The notes beneath the pieces were generated by a model, which made no database searches, had not been told where the DNA came from, and saw nothing but the letters and a program-made list of their open reading frames with translations. This document shows positions 46,733 to 56,308 of a stretch of DNA of 64,000 bases, in pieces. The translations under genes were made by a program, and so were the position numbers. The stretch covers positions 129,897 to 193,896 of the forward strand of contig JANNOZ010000002.1 of assembly GCA_031399525.1 (NCBI GenBank), read 5' to 3'. Numbering within the stretch: position 1 is the first letter of the stretch; each line of letters begins with the position of its first letter. This DNA comes from Actinomycetes bacterium (GTDB taxonomy: Bacteria > Actinomycetota > Acidimicrobiia > Acidimicrobiales > CADCSY01).

Positions 46733-49540
46733 TCAGCTCAGGAGGTCGACCTTGGCCAGCTGAGTCCGTGAGGTGACACCGAGCTTCACGAAGACCTTTC
46801 GCAGGTGGTACTCAACGGTGCTGGTCGTGACGTAGAGATGGGCGGCGATCTCCCGGTTTCGCTCGCCCGCGGCCGCGAGTCGCGCGATCTGGGCCTCCTG
46901 GGGGGTGAGGGCCGACGTGGAGGGGGCGGACCGCTTCCGCACGTGCTCGCCGGTGGCAGCCAGCTCGGCGGCCGCACGAGAACCGAAGCGCTGCGCTCCG
47001 ATCGCGTCGAAGACCTCTAGGGCATCCTGCAATGGTTTCCGAGCGTCGCGACGGCGCCGGGCCCGCCGCAGCCACTCGCCGTAGAGGAGGCGCGTGCGCG
47101 CCTGCTCGGTCACCAGCGCGGTGCGCGACAGCTCGTCGATCGCCGACCCGAACAAGTCGCCAGCGTCGTCCCCGGTAGTGAGGAGTGCCTGCGACCGGAG
47201 GAGGAGTCCGCGGGCCCACGACGTGCCCGAAGCGTCGGCCCGGTCAACGAGGCGCTCGGCCGCGTCCTCGGCCAGCTCCGCCTGGCCGCACCGGGTAGCG
47301 GACTCGACGAGGTCGGCCAGAGCGACGACGCCGAGGCCCTCGCCGTGGTGTTCGGCGCCGCGCTGGGCGGTGCGAAGGGCGGCTTCGTAGTGGCCCCCGC
47401 TGACCTCGAACACGGTCAGCGCGGCGTAGGCCTGGTCGATAGCCAACCCCTCCCCGCGCTCGTGACCCTGCTGCATCATGCGCCTAGCGCCAGATCGGAC
47501 CGCGTCCTCGTTGCCCTGCCACGCGTCGGCCATGACCTGCGCCGCCGGTGGTGAACCGAGCAGCCCGCGGATGCCGGTGAGTGTGGCCAGCGACTCGGCC
47601 TCGGCGAGGTGCGACGCCGCCAATCCAGGGCGTCCCTGGAGTACCTCCAACCAACTTCGGAGGCCCAGTGCCGGAGGGAGTGCGGCGAGCGCTCCGGTGC
47701 GCCGTGCCGATTCGACCCACGCCCGCGTGAGCTCGTCCCAGCTCCGGTCGTCCAGGATTCCGACAGCAGCGAGAACCATGTCGAGGTAGACGACGTGCAC
47801 GTGGTGTCCGGCGGCCTGCTCGAAGCGAGCCCTGTCATTGGTCGCGGTGGACACCGCGGCGCCCAACAGCGGCGCCGCGTCCTGGTCGCGCCGGGCAAGT
47901 CGGGTCGCCACCCCCATCAGGAGCTGGGCCAGTGACTCGGGCAGGTCAGGAGCGGCGCAGAGATTCCGGGTGCCCTCCGCGATCGTCAGCCGCGTCGCGT
48001 CGTCGAGGAGATGGGTACCGACCAGCGCGATGGCATCCGCGGCCACGCAGATGCCGACGGCCTGCTCGGCGTCCCGGACGTCGACGTCAGACAACGCCCG
48101 GGCCAGCACCTCACCCGCTTGTCGGATGTTGCCGGCGACCAGGTGGATCAACGCGGCGGTCCACGCAGCGTCGACCCGGCGTCGGACGTCGAGTCCGGTA
48201 GCCGTCGCCCGATCGAGCAACTCCTGGGCGCGGTGAACTCGGCCGGCGGTCAGCTCGGTACGCGCCGCCTCGAGGATCCGGTCGGTGGCGCGGGCCGGAT
48301 CGGGAGTTAGCTCAGCGGCGCGCCACAGGTAGGCCGCAGCAACCGATGCACCTCCTCGGCGCCGGAGGCGCTCGGATCCGGCCTCGAGCACGAGGGCGAC
48401 GCCCTCGTCGGGCTCGGCCGCGGAGGCCCCGAGGTGCCAAGCCCGGCGGTCGATCTCACCGTCGGCGTCCAGTGCGCCGGCCAGGGCGGCGTGGGCGGCA
48501 CGGCGCTGCGACGGCCTCGCTGCGTAGTACACAGCCGATCGCATCAGCGGATGGCGGAACTCGACGTTCGGAGTGAAGGCCACCAGACCCGTTGCTTCGA
48601 TGGCCTCGACAACCTCCTCCCACCGTCCACGTACGACCGTCGACGCGGCACGTCTGAGTAGACCGGCGTCTCCGAGTCGCTCCGCGCTGGCCAGGAGGAG
48701 CAAAGCCCGTCCGTCGTCGTCGAGCATGCGCATCCTCGGCTCGAACACGTCGGCCAGCCGAGCGCCGATGGGCAACGGCTCCGGCAGCGGCACCGCTCCA
48801 CGCAACTGGTCGGCGCTCAGCACGCCCGGGAGCTCGGCCAGCGCTAGGGGATTGCCCTCGGTGGCGGCGACGAGGCGGTCGGCAACGGTCGGGTCGATCG
48901 CCGCACCGGCGGACGACATGAGGAGCGCCCGTGCCTCGGCGGAGGCCAGCCCCGACAGGTCGAGGCGGCGAACACCCTCGAAGCCGGACCGGATCGCCGG
49001 CGTCGCGCCGATCGCCACGACCAGCGCGACCCGGTCGGCATGGAGCCTCCGAGTGACGAACGACAGGACCGTCAGCGACTCTTCGTCGAGCCACTGGGTG
49101 TCGTCGACGACCACCAGGACGGGTTGCACCTCCGAGGCATCCGCCAGCAGCGTCAGCATGGCCAGCCCGACCAGATAGGGATCGGGCGGGTCCCGATGCA
49201 CCGCGCCGAGCACCGTGTGCAACGCAGCCCGTTGCGGATCGGGTAGCGCGTCCACCGCGCCCACCAAAGGGAGCACGAGCTGATGCACCCCCGCGAATCC
49301 GAACGCCATCTCGGACTCGACACCGGCGACTTTGAGGATCCGGAACCCGCCAGCGGCGTCGACGGCGTAGCGAAGAAGTGACGACTTGCCGACACCGGCA
49401 GGTCCTGCGACCACCAGCGACCCGCTCCTACCCTGACCTGCGTCGTGGAGCAGCGCGTCAATGACCGCCCGCTCCGGGGCGCGGCCGAGAAGACCCTGGC
49501 CCCAGTGCGTCTCGTTGTCCGGGCTGACCACGTTCGACAT
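46733..49540 (-). CDS. large ATP-binding LuxR-family transcriptional regulator (LAL/MalT-like)
   Basis: ATG 49540 after GAGGGAGGGG. Walker A GPAGVGKSS, Walker B VLVVVDDTQWLD, a long helical-repeat middle region, and C-terminal LuxR HTH REIAAHLYVTTSTVEYHLRKVFVKLG. Confidence 0.88.
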   Translation of the reverse strand: MSNVVSPDNETHWGQGLLGRAPERAVIDALLHDAGQGRSGSLVVAGPAGVGKSSLLRYAVDAAGGFRILKVAGVESEMAFGFAGVHQLVLPLVGAVDALPDPQRAALHTVLGAVHRDPPDPYLVGLAMLTLLADASEVQPVLVVVDDTQWLDEESLTVLSFVTRRLHADRVALVVAIGATPAIRSGFEGVRRLDLSGLASAEARALLMSSAGAAIDPTVADRLVAATEGNPLALAELPGVLSADQLRGAVPLPEPLPIGARLADVFEPRMRMLDDDGRALLLLASAERLGDAGLLRRAASTVVRGRWEEVVEAIEATGLVAFTPNVEFRHPLMRSAVYYAARPSQRRAAHAALAGALDADGEIDRRAWHLGASAAEPDEGVALVLEAGSERLRRRGGASVAAAYLWRAAELTPDPARATDRILEAARTELTAGRVHRAQELLDRATATGLDVRRRVDAAWTAALIHLVAGNIRQAGEVLARALSDVDVRDAEQAVGICVAADAIALVGTHLLDDATRLTIAEGTRNLCAAPDLPESLAQLLMGVATRLARRDQDAAPLLGAAVSTATNDRARFEQAAGHHVHVVYLDMVLAAVGILDDRSWDELTRAWVESARRTGALAALPPALGLRSWLEVLQGRPGLAASHLAEAESLATLTGIRGLLGSPPAAQVMADAWQGNEDAVRSGARRMMQQGHERGEGLAIDQAYAALTVFEVSGGHYEAALRTAQRGAEHHGEGLGVVALADLVESATRCGQAELAEDAAERLVDRADASGTSWARGLLLRSQALLTTGDDAGDLFGSAIDELSRTALVTEQARTRLLYGEWLRRARRRRDARKPLQDALEVFDAIGAQRFGSRAAAELAATGEHVRKRSAPSTSALTPQEAQIARLAAAGERNREIAAHLYVTTSTVEYHLRKVFVKLGVTSRTQLAKVDLLS

Positions 49541-49693
49541 GCCCCTCCCTCGCGTGGTCGACATCACACCACTGACGGGGCTCCCGTCGCCACGGCCGAA
49601 GGACCCGTCGACTCGTGACCCAGTGCCGACATCGACCGCCGCCACGACAGGCCAGGCTGGAGGACATGCCAGGACCCTGGGACCGCAAAGCGC

Positions 49694-50083
49694 ATTGTCG
49701 CCGTCGCAGTCGGAGGGGTCGCCGGTGCGGCGCTGCGCTGGGCCGTCGTCACGTCCTTCGACGGCGGGACGTTTCCGTGGCCAGTATTCGCCGTGAACAT
49801 TGCCGGGTCGCTGCTGTTGGGCGTCTTCCTGGCCGAGGAGTGGGCGCATCCGACGCGGCGCCTCGTTCTTCACGACTTCGGCGGTATCGGGTTCTGCGGC
49901 GGGCTCACCACCTTCTCCACGTTCTCGGTGGAGGTGGTGGCAATGGCAAGAGACGGCGACACCGCGGTGGCCATCGTCTATGCGATCGCGTCCGTCGTGG
50001 TCGCCATCGCCGCAGTGGTGCTCGGAGCCACCGCGCTCCGACGAGCGAGAGCGCTCACCCTCCCGCTCGAGGAGCAACCGTGA
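49694..50083 (+). CDS. crcB: fluoride channel CrcB/Fluc subunit 1 (start codon problem)
   Basis: VAVAVGGVAGAALRW, VNIAGSLLLG and GFCGGLTTFSTFS cover all four helices. In this frame there is no ATG, GTG or TTG between the stop at 49616 and GTG 49793. ATT 49694 is the only near-cognate start before helix 1. ATG 49666 lies in another frame. Confidence 0.6.
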   Translation: MVAVAVGGVAGAALRWAVVTSFDGGTFPWPVFAVNIAGSLLLGVFLAEEWAHPTRRLVLHDFGGIGFCGGLTTFSTFSVEVVAMARDGDTAVAIVYAIASVVVAIAAVVLGATALRRARALTLPLEEQP

Positions 50084-50320
50084 TCACCGCCGCCGCCTTC
50101 GTCGTCGCGGCCGCGGCCGGAGCGCTGGCCCGGGCCGAAGCTGGTCGACGATGGAACCAGCACGGGGGCCTGGCCGTGAGCACCCTCATCGTCAACGTGA
50201 CGGGGTCGTTCCTACTCGGGCTAGGTCAGACGGCTGGCGCTGGCGGCCGGCTACGTGGCAGGCACCTGCGGCCTCGGGATCGCGGCTGCAGCTCTCGGCA
50301 TCGCCGTGTCCGGCAACTGA
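50080..50320 (+). pseudogene. crcB: crcB subunit 2, internally deleted and frameshifted
   Basis: GTG 50080 overlaps the crcB1 stop (GTGA). Helices 1-2 (AAAAGALARA, LIVNVTGSFLLGL) are followed by Arg-rich nonsense. A helix-4-like segment (LALAAGYVAGTCGLGIAAAALGIAVSGN, stop 50318-20) is in the +1 frame. The GFxGGxTTFS helix is absent. Confidence 0.55.
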
Positions 50321-50360
50321 AAGTTCCGTCGGGCAGTCTCAAGACGAGGGACCCGGGCGG

Positions 50361-51044
50361 TCAGGTGGGCAAATCGGCGATGAGGGTGTTCATTTCCTCA
50401 ATCTCGGCCTGCTGACCGGTGATGACGGCCTGGGCCAGATCCTTGGTCGGCTGGTATTTGCCCTCGGCGAGTTGCTGTTCGGCCATCTCGATGGCGCCTT
50501 CGTGGTGGCGGATCATCATCTCGAGGAACATCCGGTCGAAATCGGAACCGGTGGCGTTGTCGAGGCGGTCCATATCCGCGTCGCTCATCATCCCCGACAT
50601 CATCATCCCGCCAGCGCCGTCCATGTTGTCGTCCATCGTGGCGTTCGGATCGGGCACGGCCTGGTCCCAGTCGGTAAGCCAGGTCGTCATCTGCTCGATC
50701 TCGGGGCTCTGCGCCGCCTTGATCTGCTCTGCCAGCGCCTGCACGTCGGCGTTGGTCGAAACCCGGATGGCCATGTCGGCCATCTGAATTGCTTGGCCGT
50801 GGTGCGGGATCATCCCTTGAGCGAAGTAGACGTCAGTGGCGTTGAACTCGGCGCCGTCAGGAATGACCAGGACGGTGGTCGAACCATGGCCACCGCCGGT
50901 GCCCATGTCACCCATCGACCCGTTGTCCATCGGGGTGTTGTTGCCGTTCATGTCACCCATACCGTCATGATCGGCGCTCGAGCACGCGCCGAGCGCGAGA
51001 GCAGCGGCGATGACGGTGGCGGGCAGGACGAGCCGGGTGCGCAC
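50361..51044 (-). CDS. DUF305 family lipoprotein
   Basis: Lipobox ALGAC and a Met/His/Asp-rich linker. Two DUF305 repeats (FAQGMIPHHGQAIQMA, FLEMMIRHHEGAIEMA). GTG start after AGAGGAG. Confidence 0.75.
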   Translation of the reverse strand: MRTRLVLPATVIAAALALGACSSADHDGMGDMNGNNTPMDNGSMGDMGTGGGHGSTTVLVIPDGAEFNATDVYFAQGMIPHHGQAIQMADMAIRVSTNADVQALAEQIKAAQSPEIEQMTTWLTDWDQAVPDPNATMDDNMDGAGGMMMSGMMSDADMDRLDNATGSDFDRMFLEMMIRHHEGAIEMAEQQLAEGKYQPTKDLAQAVITGQQAEIEEMNTLIADLPT

Positions 51045-51061
51045 AAGACTCCTCTGAGTAC

Positions 51062-51080
51062 CTACGACAGTATGTCGTAG
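51062..51080. promoter_or_regulatory. BlaI/CopY-type operator candidate, box 1: CTACGACA-GTA-TGTCGTAG
   Basis: Perfect 8-bp arms, 18 nt upstream of the DUF305 start. A near-identical box lies at 52401-52418. Confidence 0.6.
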
Positions 51081-51110
51081 GCTAGCGGACGGCGGGCGGC
51101 CGGGTTGCGT

Positions 51111-51995
51111 TCAGGACCTGCAGGCGTGCACCAGGAACATGGCGAGATGATGAACCTGCGCCGACGAGCCGGCCAAGGTCGTCATGACGGTGGCGAACAC
51201 GACCACGGCGGGAAGCTCGAAGCTACGGGGATCGCCGGGGTGCAGGAGCGCATCCACACGGGCGCTGGCCCCCCGGCCAGTAAACGAAAGCGCGGAGCTG
51301 AGCTGGCCGCCGCGCGGCATGAGCGCGCCACGGGCGATGGCCCGGGCGAGGGTGCGGCGTGAGCCGATGTCAGATGCGGCAGTCTCGTCGGCCCAGCGTT
51401 CGGTCGCGAAGCGAACCTGGCGGGCGAGGGGGAGGAGGAACGGGAAGGCGGCGGCACAAAGCTCGACGGTGTGCACGTAGCGGTGGTGGTGCAGGCGAAG
51501 GTGGGCGTTCTCGTGGGCCAAGACCGCGGATCGCTCGTCAGGGTCGAGGCGACGCAGCAGAGCGGATCCGATGACGACGCCGCCGGGCCGTCCCGGCACC
51601 GCGAAGGCGATCGGTTCATCCGAATCGATGACCTCGATGCCGTCGATGTCGGCGAAGGGTGCGTGCTCGGCCCGGACCCGTAAGCGGTAACGGGTCGCAC
51701 GCACGGTGGCGGCAACGAGCAGCACGGCAGCGACGGCTCCGGCCCAGGGGGCAGCGCCATGGTCGCCGGGGTACAGGGCGCGGCACCAGCCGAGGACATC
51801 GGAGACCGTGTGGAGTTCCGACGAAGCCGCCATGGCGACCAGCAGCAGCGCCGAGCTGACACTGGCTGCAGCGAGCACGACGGCCAGCGTGAGGACTCGG
51901 ACACAGGTAGCTGGAGACACGAACCGGGGCAGGAACCATCCGGCGACGATCCCGCCGATGGTCAACAGCAGCGGCGCCACGAGTAGGGGGTTCAT
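51111..51995 (-). CDS. M56 family metallopeptidase (BlaR1-like, no penicillin-sensor domain)
   Basis: N-terminal TM helices and zinc motif HENAH. ATGA overlap with blaI-like gene. Confidence 0.75.
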   Translation of the reverse strand: MNPLLVAPLLLTIGGIVAGWFLPRFVSPATCVRVLTLAVVLAAASVSSALLLVAMAASSELHTVSDVLGWCRALYPGDHGAAPWAGAVAAVLLVAATVRATRYRLRVRAEHAPFADIDGIEVIDSDEPIAFAVPGRPGGVVIGSALLRRLDPDERSAVLAHENAHLRLHHHRYVHTVELCAAAFPFLLPLARQVRFATERWADETAASDIGSRRTLARAIARGALMPRGGQLSSALSFTGRGASARVDALLHPGDPRSFELPAVVVFATVMTTLAGSSAQVHHLAMFLVHACRS

Positions 51996-52351
51996 CCGCC
52001 AGCCTCATTCAGCAGCGCCCGCAAGGCGGCAGCCTCACGCTTGTTCAGTCCGTCGACGAACCGGCTCATAGTTGCGCTGTGATCCGACGCCCCGGCGAGC
52101 GCGGCCCGCATCCGGGTGGCCGCCAGGTCGGACTCGGACACGATCGCCGTATAGGCAAACGCCCGCCCTTGCCTGGAACGCTGGGCGAGGCCCTTTTCCC
52201 ACAGTCGCACCAGGATCGTCATCACCGTGGTGTACGCGAGGTCGGTACCCATGGCCGCGCGGACATCGGCGGGAGTGACCGGGGCGTCGGCGCGCCACAG
52301 CACGTCGAGCACCTCGGCCTCGAGGGCACCCATCGGTCGGCGTTCAGCCAT
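51992..52351 (-). CDS. BlaI/MecI/CopY family transcriptional repressor
   Basis: Winged-helix sequence LEAEVLDVLWRADAPVTPADVRAAMGTDLAYTTVMTILVRLWEKG. 119 aa. Confidence 0.82.
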   Translation of the reverse strand: MAERRPMGALEAEVLDVLWRADAPVTPADVRAAMGTDLAYTTVMTILVRLWEKGLAQRSRQGRAFAYTAIVSESDLAATRMRAALAGASDHSATMSRFVDGLNKREAAALRALLNEAGG

Positions 52352-52400
52352 GGCGTCTAATCCTCATGCTCGAAACGAATGTCCGACGATCCTGTCGAGC

Positions 52401-52418
52401 CACGACAGTGTGTCGTAG
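52401..52418. promoter_or_regulatory. BlaI/CopY-type operator candidate, box 2: CACGACA-GTG-TGTCGTAG
   Basis: ACGACA/TGTCGT arms, 50 nt upstream of the blaI-like start, in the 78-nt csoR-blaI gap. Confidence 0.6.
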
Positions 52419-52429
52419 TTGAGATGGAT

Positions 52430-52744
52430 TCATGTGCGTAGGAGCCGTTCGAAGGCCTGCATCGCTTCGTTGATCATGTCGCCGGGGTCCTCAGTTCCGT
52501 CGCGACCTTCGGCTTGGGTGACGCAGTGGCGGACGTGCTCATCGAGCAGCCCGAGGGCGACGGCTTGGAGGGCTTTGGTGACCGAGGAGATCTGGGTGAG
52601 GACATCGACGCAGTAAGTGTCTTCGTCGATCATCCGCTGGATGCCCCGCACCTGACCTTCGATGCGCCGGAGGCGCTTCTGGTAGTCGTCCTTGCTGATC
52701 GCATAGCCGCGCATCTGGTCTCCTGGTATCGGGGTGTTGCTCAT
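52430..52744 (-). CDS. csoR: copper-sensing repressor CsoR
   Basis: ATG 52744 inside ORF 52430..52783. RLRRIEGQVRGIQRMI core with a complete C-H-C ligand set (TYCVD, DEHVRHC). Confidence 0.85.
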   Translation of the reverse strand: MSNTPIPGDQMRGYAISKDDYQKRLRRIEGQVRGIQRMIDEDTYCVDVLTQISSVTKALQAVALGLLDEHVRHCVTQAEGRDGTEDPGDMINEAMQAFERLLRT

Positions 52745-52849
52745 CGTGGTGCCTAGTCGGTGGGTGAGCAGCGACCGGACCACGACTACTACGGGGAGGA
52801 TTCGCCGATGAACTCGACCAGCTGGTGGATCCGAGCAACCCGGTCGTAG

Positions 52850-55132
52850 CTAGCGGGAGCGGCGGACCGCCTTGAAGCGGCGGAGCCGGAGGCTGTTGGT
52901 GACGACGAACACGCTGGAGAAGGCCATGGCGGCGCCGGCGACAAGCGGGTTGAGGAGCCCGGCGGCGGCGAGGGGGATGGCGGCGATGTTGTAGGAGAAC
53001 GCCCAGAACAGGTTCGTCTTGATGGTCCCGAGGGTGCGGCGCGACAGGTGGATGGCGTCGGCGGCGGCGCGCAGGTCACCACTGACAAGGGTGATGTCGG
53101 AGGCTTCAATGGCGACGTCGGTGCCGGTGCCCATGGCCAGGCCGAGGTCGGCCTGGGCGAGGGCCGCGGCATCGTTGACGCCGTCACCGGCCATGGCCAC
53201 GACCCTGCCCTCGTCCTGGAGACGTTGGACGACCGCGACCTTGTCCTCGGGAAGGACCTCGGAAATGACGTCGTCGATGCCCACCTGGGCGGCGACGGCC
53301 CGGGCAGCCCTTTGGTTGTCGCCGGTAAGTAGCACCGGCGTGAGCCCGAGGGCCCGGAGCTGGTCGATGGCCTCGGCCGAGGTGTCCTTGACCGTGTCGG
53401 CCACGACGATGACGCCTCGAGCTTCACCATCCCATCCGACGAGGATGGCGGTGCGGCCGTCGTCCTCGGCTGCCTTCTTGGCGGCCTGGAGGCCGGCGGT
53501 GAGGTGCTGGGACCAGTCGGCCAGGAACGACTCGCGACCGGCGATCACCGCATAGCCGTCGACCACGCCCTGCACGCCGAGGCCCTGGGTGCTGACGAAC
53601 GACTCCACTGACGCTAGCTCGATGCCCCGCTGGCGGGCCCCTTCGGCGACGGCCCGGGCGATGGGGTGTTCACTGGCGTCCTCGACGCTGCCGGCCAACC
53701 GCAGGAGCTCCTGTTCGGAAACACCCTCGGTGGTGTGGACATCGGTGAGGCTCATGTGCCCGGTGGTGACGGTGCCGGTCTTGTCCAACACGATGGTGTC
53801 GACCCGACGGGTGGACTCCAGGATCTCGGGGCCTTTGATGAGGATGCCGAGCTGGGCTCCTCGTCCGGTGCCGACCATGAGAGCGGTGGGGGTGGCGAGC
53901 CCGAGCGCGCACGGGCAGGCGATGATCAACACCGCAACCGCAGCAGTGAACGCCTCGGTAGCGCCGGCTCCCGATCCGAACCAGAAGCCGAGGGTGGCAA
54001 TCGACAGCAGGATCACGACGGGGACGAACACCGCGGACACCCGATCCGCGAGTCGCTGGACGGGGGCCTTGCCGTTCTGGGCATCGGTGACAAGCCGGGC
54101 GATCTGGGACAGGGCCGTGTCAGCCCCTACCCGGGTAGCCCGCACCACGATGCGGCCACCGGCGTTGACGGTCGCGCCGGCGACGTCGTCGCCGGGAGCC
54201 ACCTCGACCGGGACGCTCTCGCCAGTGAGCAAGGAGGCATCGATGGCCGAGGTGCCATCCTCGACAACCCCATCGGTGGCGACCTTCTCACCGGGGCGGA
54301 CCACGAAGCGGTCGCCGACGGCGAGCTGGTCGATGGGGACGCGGACCTCGACGTGGTCACGAAGCACGGCGACGTCTTTGGCGCCGAGCTCGAGAAGGGC
54401 CTTCAGCGCGGCGCCGGAGCGGCGCTTGGCCCGGGCCTCGAAGTAGCGGCCGGCGAGGATGAACACGGTGACGCCGGCAGCGACCTCGAGGTAGATCTCG
54501 TGCTGGCCGCCACCCCGTTCGATACTGAGATCGAAGCCCATGCGCATCGATGGGTCACCTGCCTCGCCGATGAACAGCGCGTAGAGCGACCATCCGAGAG
54601 CGGCGACGGTGCCGACCGATATGAGGGTGTCCATCGTCGCAGTGCTGTGACGCAGGTTCGTCCAGGCCGCTCGGTGGAACGGCCAGGCCCCCCACACGAC
54701 CACCGGGGCGGCGAGGGTGAGCGAGAGCCACTGCCAGTGGTCGAACTGCAGGGCGGGCACCATGGACAGCAGCAGGACCGGGATTGTGAGAACGGTCGAG
54801 ATGATCAGGCGGTCGCGAAGTCGACGGGTCGGGTCATCGCGCCCGACCTCGGGGTCGGTCCCCTCGGGTCCCGCGGCTAGAGGCAGTCGCGCCATGTATC
54901 CGGCGGCCTCGACCTCGGCGATGAGCTGGGTCGGGTCGATGTCGTCGGAGAAGGTGACCTGGGCCTTCTCGGTGGCGTAGTTGACCGTCGCGGTCACCCC
55001 GTCGAGCTTGTTGAGGCGCCGCTCGATGCGCGAGGCGCACGACGCGCACGTCATGCCCTCGATGGCGAGGTCGACGCGTTGGTGTGTCGTCGATGCCTCG
55101 GGCGTCGGGTCAGCGTGGGTGATGGTGCTCAT
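52850..55132 (-). CDS. copA: copper-translocating P1B-type ATPase
   Basis: N-terminal [29 protein letters not shown] and [10 protein letters not shown] motifs. 760 aa. Confidence 0.96.
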   Translation of the reverse strand: MSTITHADPTPEASTTHQRVDLAIEGMTCASCASRIERRLNKLDGVTATVNYATEKAQVTFSDDIDPTQLIAEVEAAGYMARLPLAAGPEGTDPEVGRDDPTRRLRDRLIISTVLTIPVLLLSMVPALQFDHWQWLSLTLAAPVVVWGAWPFHRAAWTNLRHSTATMDTLISVGTVAALGWSLYALFIGEAGDPSMRMGFDLSIERGGGQHEIYLEVAAGVTVFILAGRYFEARAKRRSGAALKALLELGAKDVAVLRDHVEVRVPIDQLAVGDRFVVRPGEKVATDGVVEDGTSAIDASLLTGESVPVEVAPGDDVAGATVNAGGRIVVRATRVGADTALSQIARLVTDAQNGKAPVQRLADRVSAVFVPVVILLSIATLGFWFGSGAGATEAFTAAVAVLIIACPCALGLATPTALMVGTGRGAQLGILIKGPEILESTRRVDTIVLDKTGTVTTGHMSLTDVHTTEGVSEQELLRLAGSVEDASEHPIARAVAEGARQRGIELASVESFVSTQGLGVQGVVDGYAVIAGRESFLADWSQHLTAGLQAAKKAAEDDGRTAILVGWDGEARGVIVVADTVKDTSAEAIDQLRALGLTPVLLTGDNQRAARAVAAQVGIDDVISEVLPEDKVAVVQRLQDEGRVVAMAGDGVNDAAALAQADLGLAMGTGTDVAIEASDITLVSGDLRAAADAIHLSRRTLGTIKTNLFWAFSYNIAAIPLAAAGLLNPLVAGAAMAFSSVFVVTNSLRLRRFKAVRRSR

Positions 55133-56055
55133 GAGTGGGCCTCCCCATCGGTGTGGCCGTGGTCGGAGGGTGCTGAGGTGTCGGCGGCTGGTACGGGATC
55201 GGCAGAGAAGTCGACGGTGAACGATGCGGTGCGGACCTGGCCGTCGACGGAGAAGTCGAAGAACAGGCGGTAGCGGCCTGGGGTGGGCTCGGCGACGGCG
55301 AACGACACCGGACCGTCGCCGTCGGTCGGGTGGACGTGGAGGTAGGCGAGGTCATCGACGTCGATGGCCACCAGATGGCCGCGTGCCCCGAGGTAGGGGT
55401 CGGGCTCCACGACTATGCCGTCGCGTCGGATGGTGAGCTCAGCCGTAGGCCCTTGCGGGGAGGGGACCAGGTCGAGCGTCACGTCGAGGCCGTCGATGGA
55501 AGCGGTCTCCGATGACTCGGGCAAGGGTCGGCCGGTGGCGGTCCCGGGAACGATCAAGTCGACGGTGAGCGCCAGGTCGGGGCCGCCGGTGGGAACGGTG
55601 TCCGCGATGACCCGGTAGCCGCCCGGGACGAGCGCTGGCAGCGCGACGGTCCAGGTGCCGTCGTCGGCGAGCCGGGGGTGGAGGTGGGCGTAGTTGGTGA
55701 GGTCGTTTGAGATGACGATGAGGTGCATCGGCCGCTCGTGCCGATCTTCGAAGCCCGTGACGACGGCGCCGGTCGGGTCGAGCACCCGGAACACCAATTG
55801 CTGCGGCGCTCCCGGTTCGAAGACCGTGCTGTCGACGTCGATGCGGTAGTCGGCGCTAGCGGCGGGTTGGCCGTCGTGGCCGGTATGCGTTGCGGGAGCA
55901 TGGGTGGTGGAAGACATCGAGGACTCCTCGTGATCGGAATGGACGTTGGTTGCCGGCGTGGGGGCCGGCCCGGCGCTGGCGCCGACAGCGGCGCCGCCGC
56001 CCAGCGCGACCACCGCAGCGACACCGAAGGCCGCCAGGCGGGTTGGTGCGTTCAT
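55129..56055 (-). CDS. uncharacterised secreted two-domain His-rich protein inside the cop operon
   Basis: Signal peptide and His-rich N- and C-terminal tails. Two homologous domains ([20 protein letters not shown] / [20 protein letters not shown]). ATGA overlaps with both copZ and copA. Confidence 0.7.
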   Translation of the reverse strand: MNAPTRLAAFGVAAVVALGGGAAVGASAGPAPTPATNVHSDHEESSMSSTTHAPATHTGHDGQPAASADYRIDVDSTVFEPGAPQQLVFRVLDPTGAVVTGFEDRHERPMHLIVISNDLTNYAHLHPRLADDGTWTVALPALVPGGYRVIADTVPTGGPDLALTVDLIVPGTATGRPLPESSETASIDGLDVTLDLVPSPQGPTAELTIRRDGIVVEPDPYLGARGHLVAIDVDDLAYLHVHPTDGDGPVSFAVAEPTPGRYRLFFDFSVDGQVRTASFTVDFSADPVPAADTSAPSDHGHTDGEAHS

Positions 56056-56270
56056 AGGACGACCTCGTAGCCGGCTTCTTCAACCGCTACGGACACAGCG
56101 TTGGGGTCGATCTGCGTGTTGGAGGTGACGGTGACCTGACCGGTGGCGAGGTCCACGTCGACGGCGGTGACTCCGTCGATGGTGGACACCTCGGTCTGTA
56201 CCGAGGTGACGCAGTGTGCGCAGGTCATGCCTTCGACTTGGAACGTAGATGTGGTCGCCACGTGGGGCAT
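56052..56270 (-). CDS. copZ: copper chaperone CopZ (HMA domain)
   Basis: ATG 56270 after GAGGAG. Motif FQVEGMTCAHCVTSV. 72 aa. Confidence 0.9.
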   Translation of the reverse strand: MPHVATTSTFQVEGMTCAHCVTSVQTEVSTIDGVTAVDVDLATGQVTVTSNTQIDPNAVSVAVEEAGYEVVL

Positions 56271-56308
56271 CTCCTCTGTCGTGGAGGGATCACCTCCGGG
56301 ATGCCTAT

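Noticed and set aside
49541-49690. Possible fluoride (crcB-motif) riboswitch upstream of crcB1
   Set aside because: I looked for the conserved GGnGAUG..AACCGCC..GCUGAUGA..CCUA elements and found only loose resemblance (GACCGCCGCC, GCTGGAGGACATGCC). That is not enough to call. A covariance-model scan (Rfam RF01734) would settle it.
49615-50415. 266-aa ORF spanning both crcB genes and running into DUF305
   Set aside because: It is a composite. Only 50080-50221 of this frame (crcB2 helices 1-2) looks like protein; the rest is Arg-rich out-of-frame reading of crcB1 and antisense of DUF305.
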